Of a stretch of 64,000 nt of DNA, positions 58,697-64,000 are shown piece by piece. The DNA comes from a virus, in IMG/VR virus record IMGVR_UViG_3300003629_000001; one strand, given 5' to 3'. The notes under the pieces were generated by a model, which was not told where the DNA came from, did not search any database, and saw only the letters and a program-made list of their open reading frames with translations. Within the stretch, counting starts at the first letter, position 1; every line of letters begins with the position of its first letter. Made by a program: the position numbers and the translations under genes.

Positions 58697-59826
58697 TTAC
58701 GCTACTTCGTCTTCCTCTTCCATTTCTTGCACAGGGTGGCCGTCCTGACAGTCCAGCGTGACCTGAATGTCCGTCGTGGCTCTCACAGTAGCCCTACTGT
58801 CACACGCCGGGCAACTGAACACACGCTTCGGCTTGGCTTCGCTTTCGTCAAGACCCTCGCCGTCCACAGTGAACGACAGATTGACGCCCTTCAACATCCA
58901 ACTCAAGCACCCTTCGTACTGCTTCCCACGGAACTCTACGTCCACCTCTTTCCCGTTTCCGTACTTCGACCGCGCCCTGTCCACAGCGGCTTGTAGGGCG
59001 TCTTCACCCTCGCCTTCAGTCAGGTACTCCGTCGCCGCTGAAAGACTCGCGCCGTATCCGTTCTCACGCGGGGTAATCGTTCCCTTGATGGGCCACGGGT
59101 CTTCGAGGCCGTTCATTGTTCGCCCTCGTCGTAAGCGCCTACGTCTATCAGGTGGTTCACAACTTCTCTCCCGCTGTCCCCGATAGGCTCACCACAGGAA
59201 CAGGTATAGTGTTGGTGAGAGCGCCCACTGTTGTCCCATTCCAGCGTCGGGTGCGATTCGTCAGGGTCAGGGAGTTCAGACAGCGTAGCGCTTCCTCGCG
59301 TCTTTGCTCGAATCTCGTGGCCTTCAGGCATATCCAGTTGACTAATATCCATGTCACTCACCACCCGCCATGAGCGGACGTAGGCACTGACTCTTGTATT
59401 CTATCTCTTCGGCTTCCTCTTCCCGGCCCAACGCGAACAGCAGAGTACGTCGCCGCTCCGCGTTCGACAGCGGGTCAGGCTCATTCGTGTCTCGCCGGTA
59501 CACCTCAAGCGCTTCCTCTAACTCTTCCTCGGTCTTCGGTTCGCTCATTCGTCCAGCCACCTCGCCTCTCCGAACTCTACGTCCGTCGCCAGTGACTCGA
59601 AGACTCTCTCCCATTCCTCGCCCTCAAGGTTCGCTTCGGAGTGAGCGATTTCTAATATGGGCTTCAGTGCCTCTTCGACGTGTTCAGGAAACTCACAGCC
59701 CTCGAATTGACGGGCCAACTCTTGTTCTACCATATGCGTGTTCACGTAGTCCTTCCACGGATATAATCCTTTCCCTATACCGGAATGCACAGAGGCCACT
59801 ACTGAAGACTCACTCGCCACTCCCAC
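58697..59826 (-). other. operon of small early-type ORFs (58697-59116, 59113-59364, 59354-59548, 59545-59826)
   Basis: coupled acidic ORFs, some with CxxC. Confidence 0.55.
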
Positions 59827-60472
59827 CCTACTTAAATTTTAAATGAGTGTGGCAACTTTCAGGACGCGCTTCGAGGTACGATTTCCGGGGTTGCCCTCGC
59901 CGTCAGAATGGCCGCTCTGGACACACGCTCGCCGTGGCGCTTCTCGTCGCTCTCACACGTCCCCTCGCCCCGCTAATTCTACGGCCTCTCACAACGCCCA
60001 CACGCCGCTCTCAACGGACGCCCCATCATACGCTACAACCACGGAAACATCATAGGCCAACACCACAGTACCAACCAACTCACTCACTCCCTCGCCCATA
60101 CTCACTACCACCACAACAGCCAACGCACTCCCTTCCATACCGAATACCTCGCCCACTACCACGCTCACTACTCCCTACATAGCAACAACATCCACAGCAT
60201 ACCACGCCAACGTAACGAACGGCCCCAATCACCCCCTGAAAATATAACCCCGAGAGGGAGAGCGAGAGCGTCAGAGAAGATTCGAGGGACTTTCTTACTA
60301 CTCTCTCCGTTCGTCCCTACGTGGCTCTGTCGTCTGTAGGCGCTCTCTATGGCGCTCTCTGTCTCGTAGAGGGGCTGTCTGTGAGCCGTAGAAAGTCGCT
60401 ATGGCGCTCTCCGTGGGGCGCATACTCGTTCTCTGTCTCATAGGGGCTGTCTACAGGCTGGGGAAGGCGTCT

Positions 60473-60600
60473 CTATCGTGTTCTAATAGCCCTAACGTGG
60501 CTCTACTGGCATTAGGGGTACTCTCTATCGGTTGCTAATAGGGGTAGCGGCGCTCTACTGACAGTAGGGGTAGTGTCTATCGGTCGCTAATAGCCCTACT
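60473..60600. repeat. phased repeat array: TAG(C/G)(C/G)(C/G)TA every 26 bp, 52-bp unit x2.5
   Basis: cores at 60487, 60513, 60539, 60565, 60591; CTATCG at 60473, 60525, 60577. Confidence 0.8.
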
Positions 60601-61402
60601 GACACGCTACGGCTGTCTCTGACCGTCGAAATAAAGTCGTAGAGGGCCGTAGACGCCCGTTGTCCGCGTATGAGGCTGTCTGCTATACAGTAAGGAGAGT
60701 TATACATTCGTCGCCAGTTCGGAGTTCTGACATAGTAAGCAGAGTTATCCTTTCGAGGCTACATATCCCAGCATTACCCCTACTGTGAGAGAATGGCGGA
60801 GAGAGACGTAGACGCGGCTTATTTGACTCTCCGGTCGTTTTAGGCCAGCCAAAATGTTGGCCTCTCTATTAGGGCTACTGGCAACGCTCACAGTAGCCAT
60901 ACTGTGAGATGTATCACGTTCCTTACCTTACTTTCTTTCCTGACACTTTTCGGCCCATTCCTGTTAACGGGATGAACTTATTTTCTACATACAGTATAGA
61001 GCCTGACACGTTGACCCCTACCTAACTCTACCGACATGATGTGAAATCGCATTAGGGCTACTGTGCGCCGCCCCACGCGTTTCCGGTTTCGTTACATATC
61101 ATAATCGCTATACATCCGGTGAGAGCCATGCTTTAGACGGCGTGAGCGTCCCCGTATGCGGAATGAAATAAACGTGCTATGTTAGGATAGACCCCTTCGG
61201 GGCGGCTACCGAGACGGTTCACGGCGGCTCACTGTGTCACGCACGCGTTGGGTGTGTGAACGCTTCAGACATACCCGGAGGCGGGGTGTGTTTGACCTTC
61301 ACATGGGCAACACGCCAGCGTGTATGTGAATCGTATTCATCTCCGATAAGGGGAAGACTTAAGCCAATAGGGGTACTACTATACTGTACGGAGAGGCCCA
61401 CA

Positions 61403-62500
61403 ATGAAAATCGGAGACTACCAAATTGACGGTGACGCACAGGACGACGATGGACAGAACCTCATGGGTATCAGTGGCGCGGACGACCCCGAAGACGTAGA
61501 GGTCGTCGGACAGGCCATTTGGTACACGATTGGTTCCGATTTCGTCATTTCCAGTGATGGGACTGACGGTGACGAGACGGGGCGCGAATGGCTACTCCGC
61601 CGCATGGACGAACTCGAACTACCGGAGTTCATGGCCCCGCCCGAGGTGTCGGCCAAGGGCGCGTTCACGCGAACCCGTGACCACCTCGTCACGCCGCGCA
61701 ACGACGAAGTGACCTTCGACGGTCAGACGGTGGAGTTCGAGACGAAGCGGGCTGGCCGCGACTCGTTCCACCTACTCGCCAACGCGTACTTCACGGCGGA
61801 AGACCTGAACGCGGAAGACGGCGAATGGCGACAGGTCACGGTCGGTGTGTTCCGCTACATGAGCGAACACAAGGCTATGGCGACGGTTCCCAAGATTGAC
61901 CGCGACGACCGGATGTGGGACGCTTGGGAAGCGTTCAGCCAGCGTGCGACGACGCTCATGGACGAAATGGAAGTGTCCCATATCGGTCGGGACATTCAGA
62001 AAATGATGAACCGGTTCACCCACGACTGGACGCACACGGTGAAGTTCCGCGACGGTGGTGCGGTGTACTTCGTTCCGGCCCAGTACAACGACACGCTGGA
62101 CGGCCTCAAGACGCTCATTGAGGAAATCAACGTCCGGTTCAAGACCCACGGACGCGACTGTGAGTTGAAGCGTATCCCGGTCGTCAACGACGACGAACGT
62201 CGGGAAATGGTCGAAGACCGCGCTCGCCAGCACATTGAGTCGAAGGTCGAAGACGCCCTCGACAATGCTATGGAAGCGGTCAAGGCCAACGAAGAGGAAC
62301 TGACCCAAGAGATTATCGCCAGCGCGGAAGAGACGGTCAAAGACGGCGACTCGTTCGCCGCCCAGTACAACGACCTTCTCGACCTTCGACTGTCGGTCGA
62401 AGACGTGCTGGACGAGTTCGCTGACGACATTGAGGGCGGTGTGAAGGGCGAAATCATCGCTGAACTCACGTCCGAAGCGAAGACCGACGGCGGACACTGA
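61403..62500 (+). CDS. DUF6744-like protein
   Basis: 'G...WY..', 'P......AF.R', 'GGAVYFVP', C-terminal coiled coil; preceded by the conserved promoter. Confidence 0.6.
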   Translation: MKIGDYQIDGDAQDDDGQNLMGISGADDPEDVEVVGQAIWYTIGSDFVISSDGTDGDETGREWLLRRMDELELPEFMAPPEVSAKGAFTRTRDHLVTPRNDEVTFDGQTVEFETKRAGRDSFHLLANAYFTAEDLNAEDGEWRQVTVGVFRYMSEHKAMATVPKIDRDDRMWDAWEAFSQRATTLMDEMEVSHIGRDIQKMMNRFTHDWTHTVKFRDGGAVYFVPAQYNDTLDGLKTLIEEINVRFKTHGRDCELKRIPVVNDDERREMVEDRARQHIESKVEDALDNAMEAVKANEEELTQEIIASAEETVKDGDSFAAQYNDLLDLRLSVEDVLDEFADDIEGGVKGEIIAELTSEAKTDGGH

Positions 62501-62523
62501 TAGCCCTATTGACGTGGGCCAAC

Positions 62524-62569
62524 GCACACGTTCGGTGCTTCGCGGGGGCTTCGATTCCCCCGGTGTGCT
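62524..62569 (+). ncRNA. mini tRNA-like element (t-element)
   Basis: GCACAC/GTGTGC stem stacked on CGGGGG-CTTCGATT-CCCCCG (12 bp total, TTCGA loop). Confidence 0.5.
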
Positions 62570-62587
62570 TCGAGGACTGAACCAACA

Positions 62588-63063
62588 ATGCCTGAACACA
62601 GAGGACTGACCTACACAGTAGAACGCGAAGAGAACGACAGTGCCGGTGGCTACGCGTATGAGTTCGTCTTGTACGTCGAAGGCCGCCGCGTCGTCACCGC
62701 CAGCCAACTCGAAGCCCGTGGCGCTCACGGCCCCGAGGACGACGGTGACAACTGGACGAACCAACTCGGTGTGTACGCTATCGCATACATCGACGGCCTC
62801 GAAGCCGAGGTGGACGCATGAGCGACGACGACCTATGCGTTCGGTGTGATACCCCTATTGAGACTGGGGACAGATTCGTGCGTATCCCGACGCCGAACCT
62901 GCTGAACGACGACGCCGAGATTGTCGCTCACGAAGCGTGCGTCCAAGTCGCTCGCAAAGACGCTGTGGGCTTCACGCCCGACGACGGCCACGCTGGTCGG
63001 TTCAACGAAGACGCCGACGGTGAGTGGACGTGGGACGACGAGACGCCCATCAAGCCGGACTGA
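62588..63063 (+). other. two small hypothetical ORFs (62588-62821, 62818-63063)
   Basis: coupled acidic ORFs followed by a T-tract. Confidence 0.55.
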
Positions 63064-63861
63064 CGACGCCTGACACGGACTCTTTTTCGACGCTCTCTAC
63101 GCCGCCGTGAGCCTTCGCTACGGCCAGCAGGACAGGGCTATGTTAACATAGACCCTTTCCCCAAATCGGAATGAGACGCCGTAGAGACGCTGATAGGCAT
63201 ACTGTGAGCGGTAGTGCTACTATATAAGGCCAATACCGCCGAAAACGGAAGTGCTGAGGTTCAACACCCACCATAAGGGACGTGGACGTTCGTCCATGCC
63301 AACCGCTATACATATCTCTTCTATCATGATACAACGGCTATATGTCACGCCACCGCACTGGTTCGGTGATACGGCTACTGTGCGAGGGACGCCGATATGG
63401 CTATTGAGAGAGGCTAACGCTACGAGTTTCTTTCACGCTCTACGCCGCGCTCTGTGAGTCTCTGTCGATACCCCTAACGTCACGCTTGTCGTGTAACTCT
63501 GTCGAACCTTCCAATCTCATATACATAGCATATCTGAACCTTTCACGCTGATATGTATATCATTTGCTTACATATCCGCCGCCGAGAGTAGCCCTACTGT
63601 GAGAACCTGTCAGTATCCATACTATGAGCGCTCACGGTAGCCCTACTGTCGCTCACAGAGACGGCCCCTGATAACCCTAACGTCACGCTACGCCGCTCTC
63701 CGCCGTCCGCTCATTACCCCCACTCTCACACGCTCACAGTAGCCCTAATGCGTAACTCTGCTGACTGTTCATCAGACAGCCTCTCCTCGCCATAGCCCCC
63801 CGCTACCCCCCGTAGAGGCCCCCTGCTGAAAGTGCCGTGAACACCGCCCACAGGCGCTCTA

Positions 63862-63961
63862 CCCCCCGACCCCGGCCCGGCCCCCCGTCAGACCCCCGGC
63901 TATAGAGCCGAATATATCGGGAAATTGAGGGGACTCCCCCAACCCCCGGCCCCGGCCCCCC
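63862..63961 (-). repeat. two C-tract direct repeats; G-quadruplex-forming on the minus strand
   Basis: CCCCCCGACCCCGGCCCGGCCCCCC (63862-86) and CCCCCAACCCCCGGCCCCGGCCCCCC (63936-61). Confidence 0.65.
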
Positions 63962-64000
63962 TCTGAACCCCCCGTCGTAAAAGAGCAGATCGGAAGAGCG

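Noticed and set aside
59843-60182. ORFs 59843-60055 and 59847-60182
   Set aside because: Pro/Arg/Thr low-complexity products of a C/A-skewed, probably non-coding region
60473-60600. CRISPR or mini-CRISPR array
   Set aside because: Units are degenerate 26/52-bp tandem repeats without unique spacers
61119-61235. Group II intron domain V-like CCGTATGCG...GAAA
   Set aside because: The stem does not close and no other intron domains or RT are present

Overview
This window is a 64-kb segment of a large haloarchaeal tailed dsDNA virus. The proteome is strongly acidic, genes are tightly packed with ATGA overlaps, and there are BRE/TATA promoters. There is a tail tube but no sheath, so it is a siphovirus, broadly like the HCTV-1/HVTV-1-type large haloviruses (inference). 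Layout: (1) 1-9.7 kb, neck and tail morphogenesis: adaptor, gp10-like protein, terminator, tube, chaperones with a GGGAAAT -1 frameshift, tape measure, hub and fibre proteins. (2) 11.3-33.4 kb, replication, recombination and nucleotide metabolism: RadA, putative SSB, Sak4-like ATPase, PCNA-like clamp, PriS-PriL fusion primase, both RFC subunits, Cas4/RecB-like nuclease, PolB, HAD nucleotidase, Tmk, RtcB, MazG-like protein. (3) 33.4-50 kb, many small accessory and Zn-finger ORFs, three tRNAs (intron-containing Gln, Asp, Glu), RNase HI, a large membrane protein and a ParA pair. (4) 50.0-50.6 kb, a promoter-driven, highly structured non-coding RNA candidate ending in a tRNA-like module. (5) 50.8-56.9 kb, a second adhesin/fibre cassette (FN3 and Thr-rich proteins). 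(6) 57-64 kb, divergent early-type genes flanked by long non-coding regions with phased operator repeats and C-tracts. Terminase, portal, major capsid, helicase and integrase were not recognised in the window. The most notable unexplained signals are the ~570-nt ncRNA, a shared C-terminal [DN]-[PV]-[LM]-[ED]-[WFY] tail on PolB, RFC-L and three Zn-ribbon proteins, and a seven-member 'IGGYV' protein family. All family calls are by eye from motifs; no database search was run.
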